Part shown: one piece after another, positions 11,537 to 21,301 of the stretch
Layout of the letters: each line of letters begins with the position of its first letter
Numbering within the stretch: position 1 is the first letter of the stretch
Assembly: GCA_039208735.1 (NCBI GenBank)
Contig: JBCCQY010000133.1
Location: 1-25,774 of the forward strand
Direction of reading: 5' to 3'
DNA length: 25,774 nt
From: Myxococcota bacterium
GTDB lineage: Bacteria; Myxococcota_A; UBA796; GCA-2862545
The notes under the pieces: model-generated
The model's database searches: none
What the model saw: only the letters and a program-made list of their open reading frames with translations
What the model was told of the DNA's origin: nothing
Program-made: the position numbers and the translations under genes

Positions 11537-12445
11537 ATGATTGCGGCCATCCCGTTCTTCCAGCTGAGCGTCTACAACCTCGATTTGTTTGGGTTCAGCC
11601 TTCCGTTCGATCCTTGGGCAACCCTCGTGTGCATCGGGTTCGTCGTCGGACTAGAGGTCGCTCGGGCTCGCGGCATCAAACTCGGCCTCGATACCCGCGA
11701 TGTGGTTGATGGGGCCGTGTTCATCGTGCTGATGGGCTTCTTCGTGGCCCACCTGTTCACGGTGCTCTTCTACTACCCAGAGCGGCTCGCTCGCGACGGC
11801 ATCATCACGCTGTTTCGGGTGTGGGAGGGCTTTGCTTCGACCGGCGGATTTGTGGGAGCGGTCATCGGGGCTTGGCTGTTCTACCCATTTGTCCGAAACG
11901 CGATTCGACCCTTGGGTACGCCCGAGTTGCCCAAGGGCAGTGGCCTGTTGCACGCCGATGTCATCATGTTTGGCTTTCCGGTGGGTTGGTTCTTTGGGCG
12001 AATGGGCTGTTTCTCCGTACACGACCACATCGGTTCGCAGACCACCTTCTTCCTCGCCATGGATTTCGACCACGGGATTGGACCGTGGGCCGCGGGTGCC
12101 CCCTACGCCGATGGCATCCGTCATGAGCTTGGATTCTACGAAATGCTCTACATGATTCCCGTCGCGGCCCTGTTCTTCTACTTCGGACGCGAGAAGCGAC
12201 CGACGGGCTTCTTCCTTGGTTTGTTTGGCCTGTTGTACGCACCGTTGCGGTTCGTCCTCGACTTCCTGCGCAACACCGACCTCGCCTACCAGGATGCACG
12301 CTACTTCGGCCTGACGCCGGCGCAGTACGGAATGATCGTCATGTTCCTCGCCGCTGCGGGCTTCATGTGGTGGATCCACCAGGCCTCGACAAACCCCGAA
12401 GACCCCATTCCATCGTCGCCCCCCAACCCGGAGCCGACCCCGTGA
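11537..12445 (+). CDS. lgt: Prolipoprotein diacylglyceryl transferase (Lgt) family protein, divergent
   Basis: Multi-TM protein with RVWEGFASTGG, GRMGCF, RHELGFYE, RFVLDFLR and GLTPAQY at the positions of the Lgt motifs. Start at ATG 11537. Confidence 0.8.
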   Translation: MIAAIPFFQLSVYNLDLFGFSLPFDPWATLVCIGFVVGLEVARARGIKLGLDTRDVVDGAVFIVLMGFFVAHLFTVLFYYPERLARDGIITLFRVWEGFASTGGFVGAVIGAWLFYPFVRNAIRPLGTPELPKGSGLLHADVIMFGFPVGWFFGRMGCFSVHDHIGSQTTFFLAMDFDHGIGPWAAGAPYADGIRHELGFYEMLYMIPVAALFFYFGREKRPTGFFLGLFGLLYAPLRFVLDFLRNTDLAYQDARYFGLTPAQYGMIVMFLAAAGFMWWIHQASTNPEDPIPSSPPNPEPTP

Positions 12446-13341
12446 GCGAAGACGTCCAAGATGCCAGGGAGGCCGCGGCGGGTTGGGTTTGGGTCGCCGT
12501 TGGAGGATTGGCGAGCCTGCTCGTTCCGGTGTGGTTGCTATTGACCGCCTCACTCATCCAGCTCGACCACTTCGCGCAAGTCGGCGATGGGTTGGTGCCC
12601 GAAGATCCGGGCATCAGCGCATGGCCCGCTGCAGCCTCCGGCGCCGGCCTGGGCGTACTCTTCGCGATCCCCATCGGGCTTGGAATCGGATTGTTCGCAG
12701 CGTTTTCACGCCTTGCCATGGAGCGCCGTGAACGCGGCGAGCGAGCCGCCCTCGATGCCATGACGCGCAACGACGCCGTCTTGGGTGGTCCCGTCGTGAC
12801 CAAGGGCAAGAAGGCCACGTCAGGTCCTCCGGCCGCGGCGGTGGTGCTCGCCGACGCACCTTCCCGAATTCTGGCTTGGCTTGTGGACCGGGGCCTTTTG
12901 CTCGTGGCCTGCATGCCACTCATCCTGCTGAATCCGAACGTGCGTCCGCTCATCGTGGCGGACCTGTCGCAGACCGCCCAAACCGTGTCGACCGCCGTTC
13001 TCATCGGGAGCGCACTGTTGCTCACGGGCCTGCTGCTCGCCCAGCTCATCGGGCTGCTTCAAAGCGGACAAAGCATTGGAAAGCGCTGGTTCGGGATTCG
13101 GATCGTGCGACCGAATGGCGGCATTCCGGACCCGTTTCGGCTCCTTGTGATTCGGCGCTTGGTGATCGCCGTTCTGATGGGGTTGACGGCGCTGCTCTTC
13201 TTTTGGCTCGTGCCTCCACTCACGGTGGTAGGCGCGCTATTGTGGCCGACGATCGATGGGCTTGCCTGGCTCGGTGCCGGAGGCCGCACCCTCCATGACC
13301 AATGGGCAGACACCCTGGTCGTGAAGTCGGCAAGCCCGTAA
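12442..13341 (+). CDS. RDD family membrane protein with extra N-terminal TM hairpin
   Basis: RILAWLVD, GQSIGKRWFGIRIV and RTLHDQWADTLVV. GTG start overlaps the lgt stop (GTGA). Confidence 0.85.
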   Translation: MSEDVQDAREAAAGWVWVAVGGLASLLVPVWLLLTASLIQLDHFAQVGDGLVPEDPGISAWPAAASGAGLGVLFAIPIGLGIGLFAAFSRLAMERRERGERAALDAMTRNDAVLGGPVVTKGKKATSGPPAAAVVLADAPSRILAWLVDRGLLLVACMPLILLNPNVRPLIVADLSQTAQTVSTAVLIGSALLLTGLLLAQLIGLLQSGQSIGKRWFGIRIVRPNGGIPDPFRLLVIRRLVIAVLMGLTALLFFWLVPPLTVVGALLWPTIDGLAWLGAGGRTLHDQWADTLVVKSASP

Positions 13342-13357
13342 CTGGAGGCAGAAGGCC

Positions 13358-14704
<1,347 letters not shown>

Positions 14705-16981
14705 GTGGCGCGTCTCACTCTTCGTCCGTTGGGAACGCCACTCGAAGGCCTGCTATCGCCCGACGATGCCTCGGCACGCCGTGACCACATGCAGGCCCTC
14801 GACCAGGCGCTCCAGGAAAAGATCACCACCGTCAAAGCGGGATGGGGCGAAAAGTACGTCGACCGGGTCCATGAGAAGGGCAAGCTCACCACCGCAGAGC
14901 GGCTGGAAGCACTGCTCGACGAGGACTCCCCCTGGCTTTCGCTCAACACGCTCGTCAACTGGGGCCGGACGTTCGAAGGCAGCAAGCGACAAGCGCCGGG
15001 TGCCGGGGTGTGGACGGGGCTTGGCCGTGTCGAAGGCCGCTGGGTCGTGGTCGTCGCCAACGACAACACCGTGGCAAGCGGTGCGTGGTGGCCCCTCACC
15101 CCCGAGAAGATCGAACGCGCCCAACAGGTCGCGGAGCGGTTGCGGCTCCCCGTTGTCTACCTTGTCGACTGCTCGGGCTTGTTCCTACCCGAACAGAGCC
15201 GGTCGTTCTCGGGCCTGACCGGAGCGGGTCACATCTTCACGAAGAACGCGCGCCTTGCGGCAGCCGGGGTCCCGCAATTGGCTGGGGTGTTCGGGGATTG
15301 CATCGCCGGCGGTGGCTATATGCCGATCATCAGTGACCGTGTGGTGATGACCGAGCAGGCCTACATGGTCATCGCGGGCGCGGCCCTCATCAAGGGCGCC
15401 AAATCACAGCACCTCACCTCCCTCGACATTGGTGGTCCTGAGGTCCATGTCCACCAAAGCGGGTGTGCTGACGTCCGGGTGCCCGACGATCCCACTGCAT
15501 TGCGACTGCTGCGGGAAGAGGTCGCCAAGCTGCCTGGGTCGGCCGTCGACTTCTACCGTCACGGAGCGACGCCCGAACCCCCGGCTCATCCTCCGCATGA
15601 ACTTTCGGCGCTGTTCCCCTCCGATCCCCGCGAGACCTACAGCATCGAAGAGGTCTTGGCCCGCCTGGTCGACGGTTCCCTGTTCCATGAGGTGCTCGCC
15701 CATACCGGCCGCGAGATGATCACGGGCGTGGCCCGTATCGATGGCTTGTGGGTGGGGCTGATTGCCAATCGGCAGGGCATCATTGAGGAACCGGGCCGCG
15801 GTCGCCGCGCGGGGGGCGTGCTGTACCGCGAAGGCATCGCCAAGATCAGTACCTTCGCCCGGGCCTGCAACGAAGATGGCATCCCGCTGGTGTGGCTCCA
15901 AGACATCTCGGGGTTCGACATTGGTGTGCAGGCCGAGCAGTACGGCTTGCTCGGCTACGGGAGCAACCTGATCTACGCCAACAGCACGGTCTCGGTACCG
16001 GTGTTTACCGTGCTCCTCCGTAAGGCAAGCGGAGCGGGGTACTACGCGATGTCCGGGCTGCCCTATGAGCCCGTGCTTCAGCTGGCTACGCCGTTGTCCC
16101 GGCTAGCCGTGATGGAAGGTCGCACGCTTGCGATCGCGGCGTTCAACTCGAAGCTCGACGACGACTTCGAGATCAAGACGACCGACCCTGCCGAGCGCGC
16201 GGAAATCGAGGCGGGCATGGCCCAAACCGCCGCCCGCATCGAAGCCGACATGGATCCGGTCCGCGCCGCTTCTACCATGGACACCGACGAGATCGTGCCG
16301 CTGGCCAACCTCCGGGATTGGCTTGTCGCGCTGGTCCAGAGCGCCTGGCAAAGCATGGGGTACCGACGAACGAAGAACCCCCGAATCTGGAGCCTTCACG
16401 ACCTCGCAGTGTTGGCGCCTCCATTGCCGACCGAAGCCTCGCCGCGCGCCGAGGCGACCGTGGATGACGATGGTGCCTTACGATCGCCGGCCGTAGGGAC
16501 GTTCACCCCGACGGTGGGGGGCCTCGTCCAACCGGGTCAGGTGTTCGGGCACCTGCAACGCGCCGGGGGCACGGTGGCGCTCGTAGCGCCTCCCAATGCG
16601 ACGGGCGTCCCCACCGACGTGGTGCCCGCGGGCCAGTGGGTCGAATACGGCGCTCCACTCCTCCGGCTTGCCGCCGGAGCCGAGGGCATTGCGTTCACCA
16701 CAGGCCCGGCCGAGGTGGCCTCCGATGCACCGGAGGGCACGACCGTAGTGCGGGCTGAGACAGACGGGGCGTTCTACGCTCGTGCAGAACCCTCGAAGCC
16801 GCCCTTCGTCTCGGAAGGCGATTCCGTAGCCATCAACACCACCCTCGGCCTGGTCGAGGTCATGAAGACGTTCACCCCCGTAAAGTCTCCCGTGGCCGGG
16901 CGGGTGGTGAAGGTCGTGGCCAGCGACGGTGCCGCCGTTTCACAGGGCGATGCCCTCGTGTGGATCGAGCCGGCCGACTAA
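14705..16981 (+). CDS. Acyl-CoA carboxyltransferase (GcdA/MCC-beta-like) fused to a degenerate and an intact biotinyl domain
   Basis: CT motifs [62 protein letters not shown]. Then RSPAVGTF...[10 protein letters not shown] (no Lys) and [15 protein letters not shown]...EVMKTF (Lys at 16865). GTG directly follows the accC stop. Confidence 0.9.
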   Translation: MARLTLRPLGTPLEGLLSPDDASARRDHMQALDQALQEKITTVKAGWGEKYVDRVHEKGKLTTAERLEALLDEDSPWLSLNTLVNWGRTFEGSKRQAPGAGVWTGLGRVEGRWVVVVANDNTVASGAWWPLTPEKIERAQQVAERLRLPVVYLVDCSGLFLPEQSRSFSGLTGAGHIFTKNARLAAAGVPQLAGVFGDCIAGGGYMPIISDRVVMTEQAYMVIAGAALIKGAKSQHLTSLDIGGPEVHVHQSGCADVRVPDDPTALRLLREEVAKLPGSAVDFYRHGATPEPPAHPPHELSALFPSDPRETYSIEEVLARLVDGSLFHEVLAHTGREMITGVARIDGLWVGLIANRQGIIEEPGRGRRAGGVLYREGIAKISTFARACNEDGIPLVWLQDISGFDIGVQAEQYGLLGYGSNLIYANSTVSVPVFTVLLRKASGAGYYAMSGLPYEPVLQLATPLSRLAVMEGRTLAIAAFNSKLDDDFEIKTTDPAERAEIEAGMAQTAARIEADMDPVRAASTMDTDEIVPLANLRDWLVALVQSAWQSMGYRRTKNPRIWSLHDLAVLAPPLPTEASPRAEATVDDDGALRSPAVGTFTPTVGGLVQPGQVFGHLQRAGGTVALVAPPNATGVPTDVVPAGQWVEYGAPLLRLAAGAEGIAFTTGPAEVASDAPEGTTVVRAETDGAFYARAEPSKPPFVSEGDSVAINTTLGLVEVMKTFTPVKSPVAGRVVKVVASDGAAVSQGDALVWIEPAD

Positions 16982-17012
16982 CGATGCGCTAAAGGGGGCG
17001 TCGGGAGGCGAA

Positions 17013-17888
17013 ATGCTTGTCGCAATCATCGCGACCATCGCGCACGCCGCGCCCTGCGACGGACCGTTTGGGCTCGATGCCCTGCTCGATGATGTTTCGA
17101 CCATCGAGACGGCCCTCGAAGAGGGCCGCGATGTCACCGCAGCGACGGTGGGCGTGCATCTGCGCGACGGCCTTCTTTGCCTCGACGCACCTCTCCCCGA
17201 AGTGATCGCAGGTCGCGTGCTCCGAGCGGTAGGGACCGGGCTCGAACGAGGTGGGGCGACCGAGGCCGAAGGATGGCTCCGCATCGCGGCCATGCTCTCG
17301 CCTAAACATACCTATCCGGCTGATCATCCATCGGCCGAGGTGTGGGCCGCGGCGCTCGAAGCATCGAGCCGCCATCCGTTTGAGCCCCTGCCATCACACG
17401 ATCTCGTAGCGGGAGAGCACTACCTCGACGGGCGTCGCCTCACCGAGCCGGGTGCCGAAGTCGGCCTGCCGCACCTCTACCAGCACCAGCCGCCTGAAGG
17501 CAAGCTCGAAAGCCGAATCATCGTTGGCCCTGCCTTCCCTGTCGATACCGTCATCGATCCGACCCCGCCGCCGCCGGTCACGCCTGTGGTTCCTGAATCC
17601 CGGCCGCTGAGCCGAGCCCGCTGGTCTCCCGAAAAGGTCACCCTGGTCACCGGCGGCTCCATCGCACTGGCTTCTGCAGGCGTGCTGCTGGGCCTTTCCA
17701 CACGCACCGAAGGTCAATTTCGCCAGGCCACCACCGAAACGGAAATCGATCGCTACCGTGACGCCACCAACCGCCTCGTGATCGGGTCTGGAGCGTCAGC
17801 CGGTTTCGGAATCGTGGCGCTCTCCCTTGGGTTGCTCGCTGGTCCAAACGACGCAGCCGTCACGCCCTCGTTCGCTTTCCGCTTCTAA
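17013..17888 (+). CDS. Hypothetical exported/envelope protein, paralog A
   Basis: GGGAGG RBS before ATG 17013, signal peptide ending AHA, Pro-rich linker, two C-terminal hydrophobic segments, terminal FAFRF. Colinear similarity to 17933-18835. Confidence 0.8.
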   Translation: MLVAIIATIAHAAPCDGPFGLDALLDDVSTIETALEEGRDVTAATVGVHLRDGLLCLDAPLPEVIAGRVLRAVGTGLERGGATEAEGWLRIAAMLSPKHTYPADHPSAEVWAAALEASSRHPFEPLPSHDLVAGEHYLDGRRLTEPGAEVGLPHLYQHQPPEGKLESRIIVGPAFPVDTVIDPTPPPPVTPVVPESRPLSRARWSPEKVTLVTGGSIALASAGVLLGLSTRTEGQFRQATTETEIDRYRDATNRLVIGSGASAGFGIVALSLGLLAGPNDAAVTPSFAFRF

Positions 17889-17932
17889 GTTATCGGTCGC
17901 CCGGGTCGGCGGTTCGGGATGGGAGAGGGACG

Positions 17933-18835
17933 ATGATCCTCGCGATGCTGGTTGCAGCGATGGCGCCTGCACAGGCAGCCTGCCCCGAAGCCATCGAACT
18001 CGATGTGGTGTTGTCGCGAACGACCGCGATCGAAGAGGCCATTGCTGGCGATCGCACCCTCAACGCGCGGGACGAAGCGCGCCGGCTTCGCGATGAAGTC
18101 CGTTGCCTCGATGCTCCCCTGCCGGATGTGCGAACCGCCGCCGAACTCGCTCGGGCCATTGGGTCTGGCTACGTCGCTGCGGGAGACATGGCGCTTGGCA
18201 AACCATGGCTGCGCACGGCCCTTGATCTCGAAGCCGACTACGTCTGGACCCTCGCCGACGATCATCCGGTGATGGAGGTCTGGCGAGCGCTCAGTCGCGA
18301 TCCCGACAGCGAACCCGTCCTGTTCTCGGACGAGGGATTTGTTGGACCCGCATGGATCGACGGAGCGTCGATCACCGAAGCTTCGGCTCGTCCGGACCGT
18401 CCGCACATCTTCCAGGTCGGCGAAGCCCCGACCGAAACCCTCATCATCTTCGGCAATCGGTTTCCCACAGAGGCCCTTGGTCGCCCCTCGAAGGCTTCAC
18501 GACGTCGTCCGCGACCTTCGGTCACCGAGTCACGCAGGGCCGAGCAACCTTTGGTCGTCGATCGTCTGCGGCCCCCCGAAAAGACGCCTCTGCTCGTTGG
18601 GGGGGCGGCCTTGATCGTCATGGCGGGAGGCATGTATGCGCTTGCCGCCCAGCGTCGACAGCGGTTCGACGACCCCGAAGTGGCCACCACCCTCGAAGAG
18701 CTCACGAGCCTTCGAAACCAAGTCAACGGGCTCGTCATCGCCAGTGCAGCGACCCTCGCCATCGGCGCGGGAGGTGCCACCTGGGGTTCATTGGTCGACG
18801 CGCGGGGTTCTGCCACGCTACGCGTTCGGTTCTGA
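17933..18835 (+). CDS. Hypothetical exported/envelope protein, paralog B
   Basis: GAGGG RBS, signal peptide ending AQA, shared CLDAPLP, WLRxA and PEKxxLxxGG motifs, terminal LRVRF. Confidence 0.8.
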   Translation: MILAMLVAAMAPAQAACPEAIELDVVLSRTTAIEEAIAGDRTLNARDEARRLRDEVRCLDAPLPDVRTAAELARAIGSGYVAAGDMALGKPWLRTALDLEADYVWTLADDHPVMEVWRALSRDPDSEPVLFSDEGFVGPAWIDGASITEASARPDRPHIFQVGEAPTETLIIFGNRFPTEALGRPSKASRRRPRPSVTESRRAEQPLVVDRLRPPEKTPLLVGGAALIVMAGGMYALAAQRRQRFDDPEVATTLEELTSLRNQVNGLVIASAATLAIGAGGATWGSLVDARGSATLRVRF

Positions 18836-18847
18836 CCCTGAGGGCCG

Positions 18848-19480
18848 ATGGCGCCGAACCAACCGGCAACCCCTGACGAGTCCCGCGAGTCCGAACCCTC
18901 CCGGTCCGGTTGGATCGAAGAGTGGACCTACAACCTGGTCGTACTCTCGTTCTATCTACCCGTGGCCGCAGGATGCCTTGCCTACATCGGCTGGACGGGG
19001 GGCCAGTACGCCCTTGAGACCCGTACCGTGGGCGAGCAACCTGCACTCGCGGTCCTGATCGGATGCTGTGCGGCCATTCCGGTGGTCGCGCTTTCCTGGT
19101 GGATGACCGAGGTCCTCTCCCCCCTTCAACGCCTAGGACAGGCCCTCGTCCGAATGACCGGCCCGCTTTCGCTGGTGAGCAGCATCTTGGTTGCTGCCGC
19201 GGCCGCCTTCGGCGAGGAATTGTTGTTCCGCGCCGTCCTTCAAGAGCAACTCGGGGCCGGTGTCGGCGTTGTACTCTTCGCGGCCGCCCATGTTCCCCTG
19301 GAGCGGGATCTTTGGCTCTGGCCGGTCCTCGCGCTTGCGGCGGGGGCGCTGTTTGCGGGCCTCTATGAAGCCACGGGCGCAGTCCTCGCCCCCGCCACCG
19401 CGCACTTCTTGATCAACGCGATCAACCTGCGCTGGCTCACCCTTCGGTTCGCTGGCGCGTCGCCGGGTTCCGCCAGGTGA
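18848..19480 (+). CDS. CPBP (CAAX/Rce1/Abi) family intramembrane glutamic endopeptidase
   Basis: EELLFR (EExxxR), FAAAH (FxxxH) and HFLIN (HxxxN) motifs; multiple TMs. Confidence 0.9.
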   Translation: MAPNQPATPDESRESEPSRSGWIEEWTYNLVVLSFYLPVAAGCLAYIGWTGGQYALETRTVGEQPALAVLIGCCAAIPVVALSWWMTEVLSPLQRLGQALVRMTGPLSLVSSILVAAAAAFGEELLFRAVLQEQLGAGVGVVLFAAAHVPLERDLWLWPVLALAAGALFAGLYEATGAVLAPATAHFLINAINLRWLTLRFAGASPGSAR

Positions 19481-20039
19481 CCTCGGGCACACCACTTTGG
19501 TGAGCCGCCCATCGTGCCGCTACGAAAAGCAGATCCGACAAGCGGTTGAGGTAGCGCAGCGAGGATTCCGCGAGGTCTGGTTGTCCGCCAACCACCACCA
19601 AGGCCCGCCGTTCCGCCCGGCGACAAATCGTTCGGGCCTGGTGCAGGAGCGCCCCTACTGGTCCGCCCCCCGGAAGCACGAACTCCGAAAGCGGAGTTAG
19701 ATCTTCATTCAGCGAGTCAATGGCATTTTCCAGCCGCGTCGCCTCCACTTCACCCAGGCGGTACATCCCCTCCCACCGTGCTTCGGTCGGCGTAGCCAAC
19801 TCGGTTCCCACATTGAACAGATCGTCCTGCACGTCCCCCAGCATCGCATCGATGCGGCTCGCCCATTCAGATTCTTCGCCAGCGGGCAAAAATGAGCGTA
19901 CAACCCCGATGACTGAGTTCAGTTCATCGACAGTGCCGTAGGCCTCGATACGAGGATCATCCTTGCTGACTTCGGTCCCACCGACCAGACGGGTCGTACC
20001 GCCATCGCCAGTTCGCGTGTAGACCTTGGTGATGCGCAT
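19437..20039 (-). CDS. pduO: PduO/MMAB-type ATP:cob(I)alamin adenosyltransferase
   Basis: KVYTRTGDGGTT, RIEAYGTVDELNS, FVLPGG, RTICRRAERR, YLNRLSDLLF. Confidence 0.96.
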   Translation of the reverse strand: MRITKVYTRTGDGGTTRLVGGTEVSKDDPRIEAYGTVDELNSVIGVVRSFLPAGEESEWASRIDAMLGDVQDDLFNVGTELATPTEARWEGMYRLGEVEATRLENAIDSLNEDLTPLSEFVLPGGGPVGALLHQARTICRRAERRALVVVGGQPDLAESSLRYLNRLSDLLFVAARWAAHQSGVPEVTWRNPATRQRTEG

Positions 20040-20108
20040 CCCTTCTCCTCGGGCTCGCTCAGCGCAGCCCAGAATCCCTCGTTAGCTTTTTCGACATCAG
20101 GAGGAACG

Positions 20109-20879
20109 GTGTCGCGACGGGTTCCAGTCCAAGACCTTCGGGGTTCCGATCCAACCCTGCTCGAGGTCCAGCTTCCGGACATGCTGCGGCGACCGCTCTC
20201 GCAGCTTGCTCCGATTAACGTGCTTGACTTGGTCGAATTGGCCAACACTGAAGCACGCCCTCGTTCCCTCGCCCGACCGCTCGACCACTTCGTTCAAGCG
20301 ATCGCGAGGCAAATGGCCGACATTCCCGCGGGTCAACCCTGGGATGAACTGGTCGCAGAGTTCGAATCGATCGAAGGCTCGCGGGTACCTCTGCAGTTCC
20401 GTACCATCTGGAAGGCCGAAGCCGAACGCCGCGAGCGCTCCGGTGAACCCGCCCTTCAGTTGCTCGAGCGCTGGGATGAACAGGTCCCCGAACCCTTCGA
20501 GTTCAACGCTCGCAAAGCCCATGTGCAGCGAAGTGATCCGACAGCTCGCAAACGCAAAACCGAGACGGGAGGGCGGTCCCGACCGGGCGGCAGTCGCGGG
20601 CGATCCAGTGGTGGAGGAAGTTCCGGCAAGACGCGGGCGGCCCCGGTGGTCGACACCGAACGGCAAGCCTACATCCAAGATCTCGTGCTCGAGAAACTTG
20701 CTCGCGCTTCGGAGAATGGCCTTGGCGAACAGGTGCTCATCGCGGGACTGCGCCACCAGGCGAAGGCCAAGTACCCCGACCTTCTCGCCACCGAGGTAAC
20801 GGCGGTCTTGCGGGCGCTCAAAGACCACGGCCGCGTGCGCAACTCGGCCGGCCGCTGGAGCTTACCGACGCGGTTCTAA
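20109..20879 (+). CDS. Hypothetical protein with basic Gly/Ser/Arg-rich linker and probable C-terminal winged helix
   Basis: Strong AGGAGG RBS before GTG 20109. The C-terminal VTAVLRALKDHGRVRNSAGRWSL looks like a wHTH recognition helix plus wing. Confidence 0.75.
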   Translation: MSRRVPVQDLRGSDPTLLEVQLPDMLRRPLSQLAPINVLDLVELANTEARPRSLARPLDHFVQAIARQMADIPAGQPWDELVAEFESIEGSRVPLQFRTIWKAEAERRERSGEPALQLLERWDEQVPEPFEFNARKAHVQRSDPTARKRKTETGGRSRPGGSRGRSSGGGSSGKTRAAPVVDTERQAYIQDLVLEKLARASENGLGEQVLIAGLRHQAKAKYPDLLATEVTAVLRALKDHGRVRNSAGRWSLPTRF

Positions 20880-20904
20880 TCGGCGGCACCGAGGGGTTTG
20901 CGGG

Positions 20905-20936
20905 AGCTTGCATCTCCCAGACGGGCTATGCAAGCT
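20905..20936. repeat. Perfect 9-bp inverted repeat upstream of the tRNA
   Basis: AGCTTGCAT (20905-20913), 14 nt, then ATGCAAGCT (20928-20936). Confidence 0.6.
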
Positions 20937-20958
20937 GGGCGTCCCTTCGATGACGTTT

Positions 20959-21040
20959 GGGGGTGTGGCGGAATTGGTATACGCGCTCGATTCAAAATCG
21001 AGTGGCTTCGGCCTTGAGGGTTCGAGTCCCTCCGCCCCTA
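20959..21040 (+). tRNA. tRNA-Leu (anticodon CAA)
   Basis: Cloverleaf: acceptor GGGGGTG/CGCCCCT plus discriminator A, D-arm GCGGAATTGGTATACGC, anticodon arm CTCGA-TTCAAAA-TCGAG, long variable arm GGC-TTCG-GCC, T-arm GAGGG-TTCGAGT-CCCTC. CCA not encoded. Confidence 0.97.
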
Positions 21041-21049
21041 CTCAATCCC

Positions 21050-21295
21050 ATGGCAGATGAATCCACCAATGAGGTCATTCGGCTCGAGGTCGAGATGGAT
21101 CTCGTGCCGGATTGGTCCAACGCGCTCGAAGCGATTGGTCGCCGCTACGGTGAAGCGATGGAGCTTGGCGTCGAGGGCGAAAAGCTCATCGTTCGCATCG
21201 AAGTCGTGGCCGAGCGCAAGCGCGAACTGATGGCGGCCATCCGACACACCTGGGACCGCTTCGTCACGCACCGAAAAGCGACAGGACGTTGGTGA
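21050..21295 (+). CDS. Small hypothetical protein, probable ferredoxin-like (EF-G domain V/ACT-like) fold
   Basis: 81 aa with GC-rich third positions and a beta-alpha-beta-beta-alpha pattern (RLEVEM...AIGRRYGEAMELGVEGEKLIVRIEV). Fills the gap to the coaD stop. Confidence 0.7.
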   Translation: MADESTNEVIRLEVEMDLVPDWSNALEAIGRRYGEAMELGVEGEKLIVRIEVVAERKRELMAAIRHTWDRFVTHRKATGRW

Positions 21296-21301
21296 TCCGC
21301 C

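Noticed and set aside
20959..21040. tRNA as an integration site for an island or prophage
   Set aside because: No integrase, no duplicated tRNA 3' end noticed, and the flanks are housekeeping-type genes.
20957..21049. ORF-track TTG start reading through the tRNA in frame with the small protein
   Set aside because: The extension is the tRNA sequence itself and has no RBS; 31 open codons is unremarkable at this GC content.
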